A stretch of 64,000 nucleotides of DNA. Source: Spirochaetia bacterium. Its GTDB lineage: Bacteria > Spirochaetota > Spirochaetia > SP-2023. The notes below the pieces were generated by a model. The model worked only from the letters and a program-made list of their open reading frames with translations, was not told the DNA's origin and ran no database searches. The stretch spans positions 1,888,001-1,952,000 of the forward strand of contig OZ253665.1 in NCBI GenBank assembly GCA_965263295.1, read 5' to 3'. The position numbers were made by a program, and so were the translations under genes. Shown piece after piece: positions 53,288 to 62,978 of the stretch (the first letter of the stretch is position 1; every line of letters begins with the position of its first letter).

Positions 53288-54439
53288 TTACAGCTTGGTA
53301 TCCGCTAATTTGGTGCCCACTAAAATGGCGCGCGCGGCACGTTCGGCGCTCGCCTCCAATGCCTCGCGACTTTCGCGCAAGGCCGTTTCCAGCGGCATCA
53401 CCCGATCTACCGTGGGGAACAGGGCGTCAATACCGCAGTCAAAAACCGCATGGGCCTGCGCGCCCAGCTCACCGACAATCGCGACGACACTTTTATCTTG
53501 TCGCTTCGCCCATTGAGCCACGCCGACGGGAACTTTACCGTAAACCGACTGGCCATCCAAGCGGCCTTCGCCGGTGAGCACCAAATCCGCCTGAGCCACA
53601 ATCTTGTCAAACTCGATAATGCGCAGAACCGTCTCAATGCCAGAAAGCAGCTTGGCACCGCAAAAACTCAGCAGGCCAAAGCCGAGACCGCCCGCCGCTC
53701 CGGCCCCAGCTTCATTTTGGTGGTCGCAAGCCAAGTCGCGCTTCACCACAGCCGCCAGATGCGCCAGGTTGGCGTCCAGCGTTTCCACCATTTGCGGGCT
53801 AGCTCCTTTCTGCGGCCCATAAACGGCCGAGGCGCCGCGCTCGCCGAGCAGGGGGTTGCTCACGTCGCAGGCGACCAGGATCTCCGTTTCCTGCAAGCGC
53901 GGGTCCGCAGCGCTGGCGTCAATGCGGTCCAGCTCGGCGAGGCTGCCGCCACCGCCCCCGATTTCGCGCGAGTCTTTGTCCAGGAAGCGCAGCCCCAGGG
54001 CCCGCGCCATGCCGACGCCGCCATCGTTAGTGGCGCTGCCGCCGATGCCCAGCATGATTTGGCGGGCTCCCGCATCCAAGGCCGCGCGCAGCAACTCTCC
54101 CGTGCCGTAGGTGTCGGCGCGCAGCGGATCGCGCTCCGCGGCTGCGAGCAAGGGCAGGCCAGAAGCCGCCGCCATTTCGATTACGGCCTTGTCGTTTGGC
54201 AAGTGCCCCCAGAAAGCCTCAACCGCCTGGCCCAGCGGCCCGCGCACCGCCAGCTTTTGCAAGTCGCCGCCGGCGGCCTGCAGCACGGCCGCAACCGTGC
54301 CTTCTCCGCCGTCGGCCACCGCCACAATCTGATAAGTGGCCGCGGGAAAGACTTTGGTAAAACCAGATTGTATGGCCCGCCCGACTTCCCAGCTGGTATT
54401 GGTGCCTTTAAATGAATCCGCCGCGATCAGTATGTGCAT
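53288..54439 (-). CDS. glxK: Glycerate kinase (GlxK/GarK family)
   Basis: DSFKG, ADGGEGT, GIGGSATNDGG, GAAGGLG, TGEGRLD. Confidence 0.92.
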   Translation of the reverse strand: MHILIAADSFKGTNTSWEVGRAIQSGFTKVFPAATYQIVAVADGGEGTVAAVLQAAGGDLQKLAVRGPLGQAVEAFWGHLPNDKAVIEMAAASGLPLLAAAERDPLRADTYGTGELLRAALDAGARQIMLGIGGSATNDGGVGMARALGLRFLDKDSREIGGGGGSLAELDRIDASAADPRLQETEILVACDVSNPLLGERGASAVYGPQKGASPQMVETLDANLAHLAAVVKRDLACDHQNEAGAGAAGGLGFGLLSFCGAKLLSGIETVLRIIEFDKIVAQADLVLTGEGRLDGQSVYGKVPVGVAQWAKRQDKSVVAIVGELGAQAHAVFDCGIDALFPTVDRVMPLETALRESREALEASAERAARAILVGTKLADTKL

Positions 54440-54849
54440 GTTTTTCTCCTGCCTGCCAGGCCGCAACCTTGGCCGTGTCTAGTTTATATTTAGTTTCGGC
54501 CATGATATACAAAAAGTTTTCCCATGCCTTTTTATATCGTCGTTTTTTTTGCCCGCAAAGCCACCTTTAAGGCCATTGAAGCCTCCCGCCCAAGGTTGCG
54601 GGGCAAGGTTGCGGGGCTTGGCGCTCCCTCCCGGCCCGCAAAAAAATTCCCTGTCCTCAAAATTTCCCGCCCCATTTTTAATTTTTATTTGACAACTTTT
54701 AAAAATGGGTTATAATATTAGTATGTCAATTGATTTTAAAAAATGCTGCGTTGTTCTCATTTCTTTAGATGAGCGGTGCGCGGGAAAGCTGGCTTGAAAC
54801 AAGGTCTTGCGAAAGGCGCGGCAAAATTTCAAAAAAGAAGTTCATGTTT

Positions 54850-55167
54850 ATGAGACTTGTAAAACAATTATTAATTGCCTGCCTGGTGCTCGGCATTCTG
54901 GCGGCGCCGGCCTGGGCCGAAAATAACGCCCGCAATCACTATTTTTGTCGCGATGAGTTCCCCGGTGAAGTCTGCGATGCCCAAGAGGAACCGGATGCCA
55001 GCCCCGAATGCTATAAAGCTATCGGCAAGGGCGCTTATGAGGGTGCCAAAATTGGTTCCGATGTGGGCGCCGCTGTGGGGGCCATGTCAAAGGAATGCCG
55101 CGATTGCGACGATGATGACGGCGACCCCCCTGAAGCAATCTTGATGATTGGCCGCCGGCGGAGCTAA
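54850..55167 (+). CDS. Small secreted Cys-rich protein with a Gly-zipper-like segment
   Basis: Signal peptide ending APAWA; GAYEGAKIGSDVGAAVGA; start uncertain. Confidence 0.55.
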   Translation: MRLVKQLLIACLVLGILAAPAWAENNARNHYFCRDEFPGEVCDAQEEPDASPECYKAIGKGAYEGAKIGSDVGAAVGAMSKECRDCDDDDGDPPEAILMIGRRRS

Positions 55168-55715
55168 TGAGGCTCTTGCCTCCCTGGTTTCGCGAGTATC
55201 GCGAGCTTAGGCAAGCGTTGTCGAAGGGGCAAAAGGTCCCTTTCGACTTTCCCGCAGCGCTTGCCTTGGCTAAATTTGCGGCTCTGGTTTGTGTGGTCTG
55301 CGACTCTATGATGTTGCTTTGGGACTTGCTTTTTCTCGGCTCGGTGCCTGCGGATATCGGGGCGGACGGGGGAGCCGGTTCCCAGCTGGAGCAATTCTTG
55401 ATCCGGTCCTTGTATGGTTTCTTGGTTGTGTATGCTTCATCGTTCTTCTTTACGTTCGTTTACCTCAGACATATTCTGGCCGCGGACGGGCGCGACTCGC
55501 CCTGGACTCTGGGGCTGCGGGCATTGGTATTTGCTTGCGATTTTACATTTTGTTTATGGCTGCTACGGCTTATATTCGGAGATACTTTTTCCATCCAAGG
55601 CGTTCTATTAGTTTTAGCCCTGTCTTTTTGGATGGGGCTAGCGATTGTCCGGCGCGTTAATGCGCTCAGATTGGAAGAGCGAGCGAAAGAAAAGTTAAAA
55701 GAGACAAACGGCTAA
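55167..55715 (+). CDS. Four-TM membrane protein, paralog A
   Basis: TAATG coupling to the upstream gene; hydrophobic helices. Confidence 0.65.
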   Translation: MRLLPPWFREYRELRQALSKGQKVPFDFPAALALAKFAALVCVVCDSMMLLWDLLFLGSVPADIGADGGAGSQLEQFLIRSLYGFLVVYASSFFFTFVYLRHILAADGRDSPWTLGLRALVFACDFTFCLWLLRLIFGDTFSIQGVLLVLALSFWMGLAIVRRVNALRLEERAKEKLKETNG

Positions 55716-55870
55716 GTGCGCCATGTAAAAGAACGGCAAGACGGGGGCAACGAGCAATACAGGAAAAACAAGGGAAGAAGCCATGGAAATCAACACCCAC
55801 GAATACATTGATCGCGCGCTTTGCGGCGAGCCCCTGAAGCAATCTTGATGATTGGCCGCCGACGGAGATT

Positions 55871-56422
55871 ATGAGGCTCGTGCCTCCCTCTGTTCGCAAG
55901 CGCAAGCTTGACGAGTTTTGGCAAGCGTTGAGGAAGGGGCAAAAGGTCCCTTTCAGCGTTCCCGCAGCGCTTGCCTTGGCTAGATTTGTCGCTCTGCTTG
56001 CTGTGTGCGTGCCTGTGATCAAGGGGCTTCTCTTGCTGCTTCTGGACTCGGAAACTGTGGAGATCGGAGTCAATGGAGAGCCCGACTTTCAGTTGAAGCA
56101 ATTCTTGATCCAGACTTGGTATTGCTTTTTGATTCTTTATGCTTTAGGGCTTTTTATGTTTTTCTACCTAAGGTATATTCTGGCCGCGGACGGGCGCGAC
56201 TCGCCCTGGAGCCTGGGTCTGCGGGCATTGGTATTTGCTTGCTTTACCGTATTTTGTTTATGGCTGCTTTCACTTACACACGGAAGGAATATTTTTTCCA
56301 GCCGAGATTTTCTGTTAGATCTAACGGTATGTTTTTGTGTGGGTTGCTGGTTTATCCCGCGCATTAATGCGCTCAGATTGAAAGAGCAGGCGAAAGAAAA
56401 GTCAAAAGAGACAAACGGCTAA
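55871..56422 (+). CDS. Four-TM membrane protein, paralog B
   Basis: Diverged tandem duplicate of 55167..55715. Confidence 0.65.
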   Translation: MRLVPPSVRKRKLDEFWQALRKGQKVPFSVPAALALARFVALLAVCVPVIKGLLLLLLDSETVEIGVNGEPDFQLKQFLIQTWYCFLILYALGLFMFFYLRYILAADGRDSPWSLGLRALVFACFTVFCLWLLSLTHGRNIFSSRDFLLDLTVCFCVGCWFIPRINALRLKEQAKEKSKETNG

Positions 56423-56489
56423 GTGCGTCATGTAAAAAGAACGGCAAGACGGGGCAACGAGCAATACAGGAAAAACAAGGAAGGAAGCC

Positions 56490-56912
56490 ATGGAAATCAA
56501 CACCCACGAATACATTGATCGTGCGCTCTGCGGCGAGCCGGTCATGGTTGCGCAAGGGAGCAGCGAGGTTCGCCTGGAATGCAGCCGGCGCATGGCCGCC
56601 GACGGCAGCGGCCTGGTCCACGGCGGCTTCATCTTCGGGGCGGCCGACTACGCGGCCATGCTGGCCGTCAACCAGCCCAACGTGGTGCTCGGCGCGGCGG
56701 AGACACACTTTTTGAAGCCATCCCGCATCGGGGATGTGCTGCTCGCCAGGGCGCAAGACCAGAGCCCCCAAGACCGCAAGCATCTCGTGCGGGTAGAAGT
56801 CTCGTGCGGCGAAGATGTCGTCTTTACGGGAACATTTACCTGCTTGGTCCCCAGGGAACACGTTCTGGCCAAGGTCGTGAAGCCGGTGCCCACAGAAAAA
56901 AACGGGACTTAG
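56490..56912 (+). CDS. PaaI-family hotdog thioesterase
   Basis: GLVHGGFIFGAADYAAMLAVN. Confidence 0.85.
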   Translation: MEINTHEYIDRALCGEPVMVAQGSSEVRLECSRRMAADGSGLVHGGFIFGAADYAAMLAVNQPNVVLGAAETHFLKPSRIGDVLLARAQDQSPQDRKHLVRVEVSCGEDVVFTGTFTCLVPREHVLAKVVKPVPTEKNGT

Positions 56913-56989
56913 GGCGATGCCCGGCTGTGAAGCCAGACTGTGGAGCCAGACTGTGGAGAATAGCAATTTTCTTCACAGTCTAGACGGCT

Positions 56990-57508
56990 TTAAAACTCTT
57001 CTTTTAATTGTTTTACCCACTCTGTTACTCTGTGTTCTGTCTTATCCGGTTGATTGTCTTCGTCTAGTGGCAGGCCGACAAACATACCATCTATTTCCGC
57101 GGTAGATTGTGCGTAATCGTATCCCTGCTTTGGCCATTTGCCAATAAAATTCACCCCCTTGGCAGAAAGTTCATTGTAAATGATACCAATGGCATCGACA
57201 AAAGTATCCGGATAGCCGGCCTGATCGCCGGTGCCAAACAGAGCCACTTTCTTGCCGGAAAAATCCGCCTGTTTTAACTTGTCCAGAAACTCAGCCCAGT
57301 CGTCCTGAATCTCACCTTCGCCCCAGGTGGAAGAGCCCAGAAGCAAGAAATCCTTGTCATTAATTGAATCTACCGAGCTCTCCCCTACGTTATATGCGTC
57401 GACATTTTCGTCCCCGACTTCTTCCGCCACGAGCTTTTGCAGTTGCTGAGCGATGGTTTCTGTATTTCCAAGGGTTGACCCGTAGAAAATTCCAACCTTT
57501 GTAAACAT
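56990..57508 (-). CDS. fldA: Long-chain flavodoxin
   Basis: GIFYGSTLGNTE, STWGEGEIQDDW, FGTGDQAGY, GLPLDEDNQ. Confidence 0.93.
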   Translation of the reverse strand: MFTKVGIFYGSTLGNTETIAQQLQKLVAEEVGDENVDAYNVGESSVDSINDKDFLLLGSSTWGEGEIQDDWAEFLDKLKQADFSGKKVALFGTGDQAGYPDTFVDAIGIIYNELSAKGVNFIGKWPKQGYDYAQSTAEIDGMFVGLPLDEDNQPDKTEHRVTEWVKQLKEEF

Positions 57509-57568
57509 ATTTTACCTCCATTTAAAAATATTTTTTTTAAAATTTATTATTTTTCTAATCTCCATTTT

Positions 57569-57587
57569 AGAAATAATTATCATTATT
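57569..57587 (-). promoter_or_regulatory. Fur-box-like site upstream of flavodoxin
   Basis: AATAATGATAATTATTTCT, 14/19 match to GATAATGATAATCATTATC; region is AT-rich. Confidence 0.5.
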
Positions 57588-57777
57588 ATGTTAAGCATTA
57601 GCGACAAAGTCAAGACAACTGATTTAATTTTGCGTATTCCCAAGGTAAATTGGGATAAATTGGGGCAGATTTGGGTAAATTTTCACTTTCACTGCAAAGT
57701 CACAATTTTATAAATTTTTGTTGACAACCCTTATTACCCCGTGCGAAAATATTAGCTTAAACGATCAGGAGGCTCGG

Positions 57778-58455
57778 ATGAAGTATTTTTTAGATAGTGC
57801 AAAACTGGATGAAATTAAATTTGCTTATGACAACTGGGGCATTGATGGAATAACGACAAATCCCAAACATATCCAGGCCAGCGGACAACCCTTGACGAAG
57901 GTTTTGGACAGCCTCGCCAGCTGGGCGGCCAATAATAAGCTGGAAGGCTGGTCCAAGTTTCCGATTTCCATTGAAACTGATCCCCATGAAGAAAATTCAG
58001 AAAAACTGGTTTCCGCCGGCAAGGACTTGGCCAAAATCTCACCGAATTATGTGATTAAGATTGCCTGCACTGAATCGGGTCTAATCGCGGCTCGCAAGTT
58101 GGAGCAACTTGGTATTCGCACAAATGTTACTCTGGTGTTTTCTCCGTCTCAGGCGCTTATGGTCGCAAAAATAGGTGCGCTTTTCGTTTCGCCTTTTGTC
58201 GGCTGGAAAGAGGCAAATGGCGAAGATTGTGGCGATTACATCAAAAGAATTACCGACATCTATAAAAACTACAGTTTTAAAACAGAAATCATCGTTGCGG
58301 CTCTGCGCTCTGCCAAGCAGATCGCCGAAGTGGCCGGATACGGAGCGCATATCACCACTTGCGGGATGCAGGTTTATCGGGACAGTTTCTACCATCCATT
58401 TACCGATTTTGGCCTCAATGTCTTTCGCAAAGCTTGGGATGCGACAGAAAAATAG
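57778..58455 (+). CDS. Transaldolase/fructose-6-phosphate aldolase family protein
   Basis: FLDSA, GITTNP, VIKI, NVTLVFS, VSPFVG; AGGAGG RBS. Confidence 0.88.
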   Translation: MKYFLDSAKLDEIKFAYDNWGIDGITTNPKHIQASGQPLTKVLDSLASWAANNKLEGWSKFPISIETDPHEENSEKLVSAGKDLAKISPNYVIKIACTESGLIAARKLEQLGIRTNVTLVFSPSQALMVAKIGALFVSPFVGWKEANGEDCGDYIKRITDIYKNYSFKTEIIVAALRSAKQIAEVAGYGAHITTCGMQVYRDSFYHPFTDFGLNVFRKAWDATEK

Positions 58456-58509
58456 GGCAGAGAAACAACCACGGGAAAAATATCATTGGGGTCGAAAGAG
58501 GGCAGCATC

Positions 58510-59643
58510 ATGAATATATTGCGCTATGGGATTATCGGCTGCGGCATGATGGGGCGCGAGCACATCCAGAATCTGGCTTTGATAGATAATACCGAGGTCA
58601 CGGCGCTGTATGAGCCCGACAAGGAGCAGCAGAGGCTTTCGCGGGAAATGGTGCCGAAGGCAAAGGTCCACGACAGTTTGGCGAGTATCCTCAAGGACAG
58701 CAACGTGGATGCCTTTGTCATCGCTTCTCCCAATTTTACTCATGTGGTGATTCTGCAAGAAATTATCAGGAATGATAGCCGGCCGATTCTGGTGGAAAAG
58801 CCGGTATGCACGACGGAGGCAGACTGCTTTCGGCTGCTGGAAATGTGCGCCAATTACCGCGCGCCTATATGGGTGGCGATGGAATATCGTTATATGCCGG
58901 TCTCTCAGCGCCTGCTTGCAAAGGTAGGTGAGGAGAAACTGCTCGGCAATGTCTGCTCGATTTCTATCCGGGAGCACCGTTTTCCTTTTTTAAAAAAAGT
59001 GGGGGACTGGAATCGCTTTAATGCCAATACCGGAGGCACTCTGGTAGAAAAATGCTGTCATTTTTTCGACCTGATTCGACTGCTCAGCCAGGATGAAGTG
59101 GTGCAGGTTTACGCATCGGGGGCCATGGATGTCAATTTCAAGAATGAGCGCTACGCGGGGAAAATTCCCGACATTTTGGACAATACTTTTGTCATCATGG
59201 AGCTGAAGTCTGGCCGCAGGGCTTTTCTGGATCTGTGCATGTTCTGCGACGGTTCCTATTTTCAGGAGGATATTTGCATTGTCGGCGAAAAGGGCAAACT
59301 GGAAGGGCGGATTCCGGGCCCAGAGCGGCTTTGGGCCGTCGACAGCCTGGATGAACTGGGGGCCTCAACTGGATTTGAAGGTAAAACGAGGCCTTCGGAG
59401 TTGATCTACAGTCCGCGCGCGCCAAAAGGCCCCGTCACGGAACTGATTGAAACGGACGAACGCTTGCAGCAGGCCGGCGATCATCACGGCGGCACATTTT
59501 TTCAGCACAAATATTTTTACGAGGCGGTGACCCAAGGCCGCGAGGTTGAAGTGACGCTAGAGGATGGCGTACAGGCGGTCATGATTGGTCTGGCCGCGCA
59601 GGAATCAATTGCGACGAAATCAGCGGTAACGCTGAAGTTATAA
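58510..59643 (+). CDS. Gfo/Idh/MocA oxidoreductase
   Basis: GIIGCGMMG, LVEKP, GGTLVEKCCHFFDL. Confidence 0.9.
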   Translation: MNILRYGIIGCGMMGREHIQNLALIDNTEVTALYEPDKEQQRLSREMVPKAKVHDSLASILKDSNVDAFVIASPNFTHVVILQEIIRNDSRPILVEKPVCTTEADCFRLLEMCANYRAPIWVAMEYRYMPVSQRLLAKVGEEKLLGNVCSISIREHRFPFLKKVGDWNRFNANTGGTLVEKCCHFFDLIRLLSQDEVVQVYASGAMDVNFKNERYAGKIPDILDNTFVIMELKSGRRAFLDLCMFCDGSYFQEDICIVGEKGKLEGRIPGPERLWAVDSLDELGASTGFEGKTRPSELIYSPRAPKGPVTELIETDERLQQAGDHHGGTFFQHKYFYEAVTQGREVEVTLEDGVQAVMIGLAAQESIATKSAVTLKL

Positions 59644-59676
59644 AACAGTATGAAACGGTAAAGGAGTGCCAAGTTT

Positions 59677-60831
59677 ATGAAAACTTACTTTTTAATATTA
59701 TTATCAATACTAGTGGTCAGTTGTGGGATACAGAAAAAATCCCCGGCTGGCGCGGCAGACGCAGATGGCGCCACGACAGGTGCCCCGTCTGCAAAGAAGA
59801 GTCCGGCGGCGGCAAAAGCTTATGATTACAGCACGACGCCGGCAAATGCGGAGTACGTATTTATTGCATCGCACGATGGCAACCTGGAGGACTATAAGCA
59901 CAAGGCCTTAATTCTCCTCAAGAATACCGTAGAGGCCAATTCAAATGGCCGAATTGGCGTCAAGATTTTCCCCAACGGTCAGTTGGCCAACTCTGTAAAC
60001 GAAAGAATTGATGGACTTGTCCAAGGAAGTGTCGACATCGTCAACACAACCGGTGATGTCAGTGCGTATTGGGAGCCCCTTTCTGTCTTTGACCTGCCGT
60101 ATATGGTCACGGATGATCGGCTGGTTGAAGCGGTTTTTAACGACCCGGAATTTGTCAGCGGTCTGCGAGAAGGGGCCCTGGCCGCGATGAAAAATGCGCG
60201 TTTAATGGTCATTACCAACAGTGGACGCTGGAGAAACTTTGCGACGACCAAAAAACCGGTCAACAATGTCAATGATCTAGCCGGCCTAAAAATCCGCACG
60301 GTACCTTCCAAAGTTCAGCAGCAACTGGTCTCTGCATTGGGGGCTTCTCCGACCAGCATGAACTGGGGAGATCTCTACACGGCCCTGTCCACGGGCGTCG
60401 TTGACGGCACAAAGAATGGCATGGTGGATATTGTAAGCGCCAAGCTGAACGAGAGCCTGAAGTATATCATACTTGACGGGCATGCTTATATGTCGGGCTT
60501 CTGGTGGTTAAATAACGAGAAATTCCAATCTATGCCCACGGACTTGAAGGAGATTATGGTCGATGGCTTTGATGCGTTGAGCTGGTTCATCCGTGAATAC
60601 AATAAATACTCCGAGGCCAGCGCATTTGAAACTTTTAAGGCGACAGGTGGGACGATTTACCGCCCGACGGAAGAAGAATTAGGTCAGTTTAAGGAAAAAG
60701 CGGTCGCCGTAGAACAGTGGTTCAAGGAAAACGTAACAGAAGAGACGCTAGAATGGCTAGACCAGTACAAGGCCGAAATCGCCAGACAGCAAGAAGCTTT
60801 GGCTAGAGTCCGCAGCTTGGAGTTAAGTTAG
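59677..60831 (+). CDS. dctP: TRAP transporter substrate-binding lipoprotein DctP, copy 1
   Basis: FPNGQL, FDLPY, GLKIRT, LYTALSTGVVDG. Confidence 0.9.
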   Translation: MKTYFLILLSILVVSCGIQKKSPAGAADADGATTGAPSAKKSPAAAKAYDYSTTPANAEYVFIASHDGNLEDYKHKALILLKNTVEANSNGRIGVKIFPNGQLANSVNERIDGLVQGSVDIVNTTGDVSAYWEPLSVFDLPYMVTDDRLVEAVFNDPEFVSGLREGALAAMKNARLMVITNSGRWRNFATTKKPVNNVNDLAGLKIRTVPSKVQQQLVSALGASPTSMNWGDLYTALSTGVVDGTKNGMVDIVSAKLNESLKYIILDGHAYMSGFWWLNNEKFQSMPTDLKEIMVDGFDALSWFIREYNKYSEASAFETFKATGGTIYRPTEEELGQFKEKAVAVEQWFKENVTEETLEWLDQYKAEIARQQEALARVRSLELS

Positions 60832-60922
60832 GTATCTGGTTGAAATCTGTGGGAGGCCGCCAATTCTGAATTAGAGTCATAAGCCTTTTTTAGATTATTA
60901 CAGAATCGTTTGGCATAAAAAA

Positions 60923-60978
60923 TATTATTTGGCATTACCGTCTGGCCATTTTGGGCCAGACGGTAATGCCAAATAATA
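60923..60978. terminator. 25-bp perfect hairpin between the dctP copies
   Basis: TATTATTTGGCATTACCGTCTGGCC / GGCCAGACGGTAATGCCAAATAATA. Confidence 0.7.
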
Positions 60979-61177
60979 TAGAGGTTTTTGTCTTTCAAAG
61001 TATAGATGCGATCTAAAACAGATTTAAAAATCCGCAACTTCTGCAATTCATTTACGGGGAAGCAAAATCAATGAGGTAAAAGAGCAGAAAATCGTCATAG
61101 TTTCTGATGCTGTAACGAAATCAGCGGTAACGCTGCAGTTATAAAAGCAGATAAAACTATAAAGGAATGCCAAGTTT

Positions 61178-62302
61178 GTGAAAACTTACTTTTTAATATT
61201 ATTGTCAATGCTAGCGGTCAGTTGTGGGATACAGAAAAAATCCCCGGCTGGCGAAGCAGGCGCAGATGGTGCCACGACAGGCGCCCCGTCTGCAAAGAAG
61301 AGCTCGACGCCGGCAAATGCAGAATATGTATTCATTGCATCGCACGTAGGCAACCTAGAGAACTATAATCACAAAGCCTTAATTCTCCTCAAAAATACCG
61401 TAGAGGCCAATTCAAATGGCCGAATTGGCGTCAAGATTTTTCCCAACGGTCAGTTGGCCAACTCTGTGAACGAAATAATTGATGGCCTTGTTCAAGGGAG
61501 TGTCGACATCGTCAACACAACCGGCGATGTCAGCGCGTATTGGGAGCCCCTTTCTGTCTTTGACCTGCCGTATATGGTGACAGATGATCGGCTGGTTGAA
61601 GCGGTTTTTAACGACCCGGAATTTGTCAGCGATCTGCGGGAGGGGGCCCTGGCCGCGATGAAAAATGCGCGTTTAATGGTCATTACCAACAGTGGACGCT
61701 GGAGAAACTTTGCGACGACCAAGAAACCGGTCAACAATGTCAGTGATTTAGCCGGCCTAAAAATCCGCACGGTACCTTCCAAGGTTCAGCAGCAACTGGT
61801 CTCTGCATTGGGGGCTTCTCCGACCGGCATGAACTGGGGAGACCTCTACACGGCCCTGTCCACGGGCGTCGTTGACGGCACAAAAAATGGCGTGGTGGAT
61901 ATTGTAAGCGCCAAGCTGAACGAGAGCCTGAAATATATCATACTTGACGGGCATGCTTATATGTCGGGATTTTGGTGGGTAAATAACGAGAAATTCCAAT
62001 CTATGCCCACGGACTTGAAGGAGATCATGGTCGATGGCTTTGATGCGTTTAACTGGTTTATCCGCGAATATAATAAGTACTCCGAGGCCAGCGCATTTGA
62101 AACTTTTAAGGCGACAGGTGGGACAATTTACCGCCCGACGGAAGAAGAATTAGGCCAGTTTAAGGAAAAAGCGGTCGCCGTAGAACAGTGGTTCAAGGAA
62201 AACGCGACAGCAGAGACACTGGAATGGCTAGGTAAGTACAAGGCCGAAATCGCCAAACAGCAAGAAGCTCTGGCTAGGGTCCGGAGCCTGGAGTTAAAGT
62301 AG
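61178..62302 (+). CDS. dctP: TRAP DctP, copy 2
   Basis: Near-identical tandem paralog; GTG start. Confidence 0.9.
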   Translation: MKTYFLILLSMLAVSCGIQKKSPAGEAGADGATTGAPSAKKSSTPANAEYVFIASHVGNLENYNHKALILLKNTVEANSNGRIGVKIFPNGQLANSVNEIIDGLVQGSVDIVNTTGDVSAYWEPLSVFDLPYMVTDDRLVEAVFNDPEFVSDLREGALAAMKNARLMVITNSGRWRNFATTKKPVNNVSDLAGLKIRTVPSKVQQQLVSALGASPTGMNWGDLYTALSTGVVDGTKNGVVDIVSAKLNESLKYIILDGHAYMSGFWWVNNEKFQSMPTDLKEIMVDGFDAFNWFIREYNKYSEASAFETFKATGGTIYRPTEEELGQFKEKAVAVEQWFKENATAETLEWLGKYKAEIAKQQEALARVRSLELK

Positions 62303-62440
62303 TTAGCTGGTTGAAATCCGTGGGAGGCCGCCAATTCGAAATACCATATCAGTTTTTGTCGTTTAAAGTATGAAACAGATTTAAAAATCCGCAACTTCTG
62401 CAATTCATTTACAGGAAAACAAAATCAATGAGGTAAAAGA

Positions 62441-62968
62441 GTGGAAAATCGTCATAGTTTTCTGATGCCGTTAGTCATTTTGACAAAAATTACAAATATC
62501 GCACACAGGTTCTTGAGTTTTCTGGGCTTACATCTTGGTGCAATCTTTATGATCCTGATGACAATAGCTGTATTATTTCAGGTTGTTATACGCTACGTTT
62601 TTTCGAATCCAGTCTCCTGGATTGAAGAAATGTGCATTTACTCCATGTTTTTTTTAACTTTTCTTTTGGCACCCTATATCTTGTTGAATAAGCTTCATAT
62701 CAGCATGACACTGTTATATGATCGCATCAATAAACAAGAACTGGTTTTTGTCGTCGACATATTACTAAATGCTGTAGCTATATATGGCATTTGTACTCTT
62801 ATTCCCAGTATATTTGAAGTTGTATACAACAATTTAAACGTCACCACGACTCAAATGCCATTGACAAAGGGGCAAATCTATATGATCGTGCCCATTTCAT
62901 TCATCTTGATGATAACCATACCTCTTGAGCAGATTTTACTCTGCCTAATCAAGCTTTTAAATAAATGA
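62441..62968 (+). CDS. dctQ: TRAP small permease
   Basis: QVVIRYVF, SWIEE, HISM motifs. Confidence 0.85.
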   Translation: MENRHSFLMPLVILTKITNIAHRFLSFLGLHLGAIFMILMTIAVLFQVVIRYVFSNPVSWIEEMCIYSMFFLTFLLAPYILLNKLHISMTLLYDRINKQELVFVVDILLNAVAIYGICTLIPSIFEVVYNNLNVTTTQMPLTKGQIYMIVPISFILMITIPLEQILLCLIKLLNK

Positions 62969-62978
62969 GCGATCGAAA

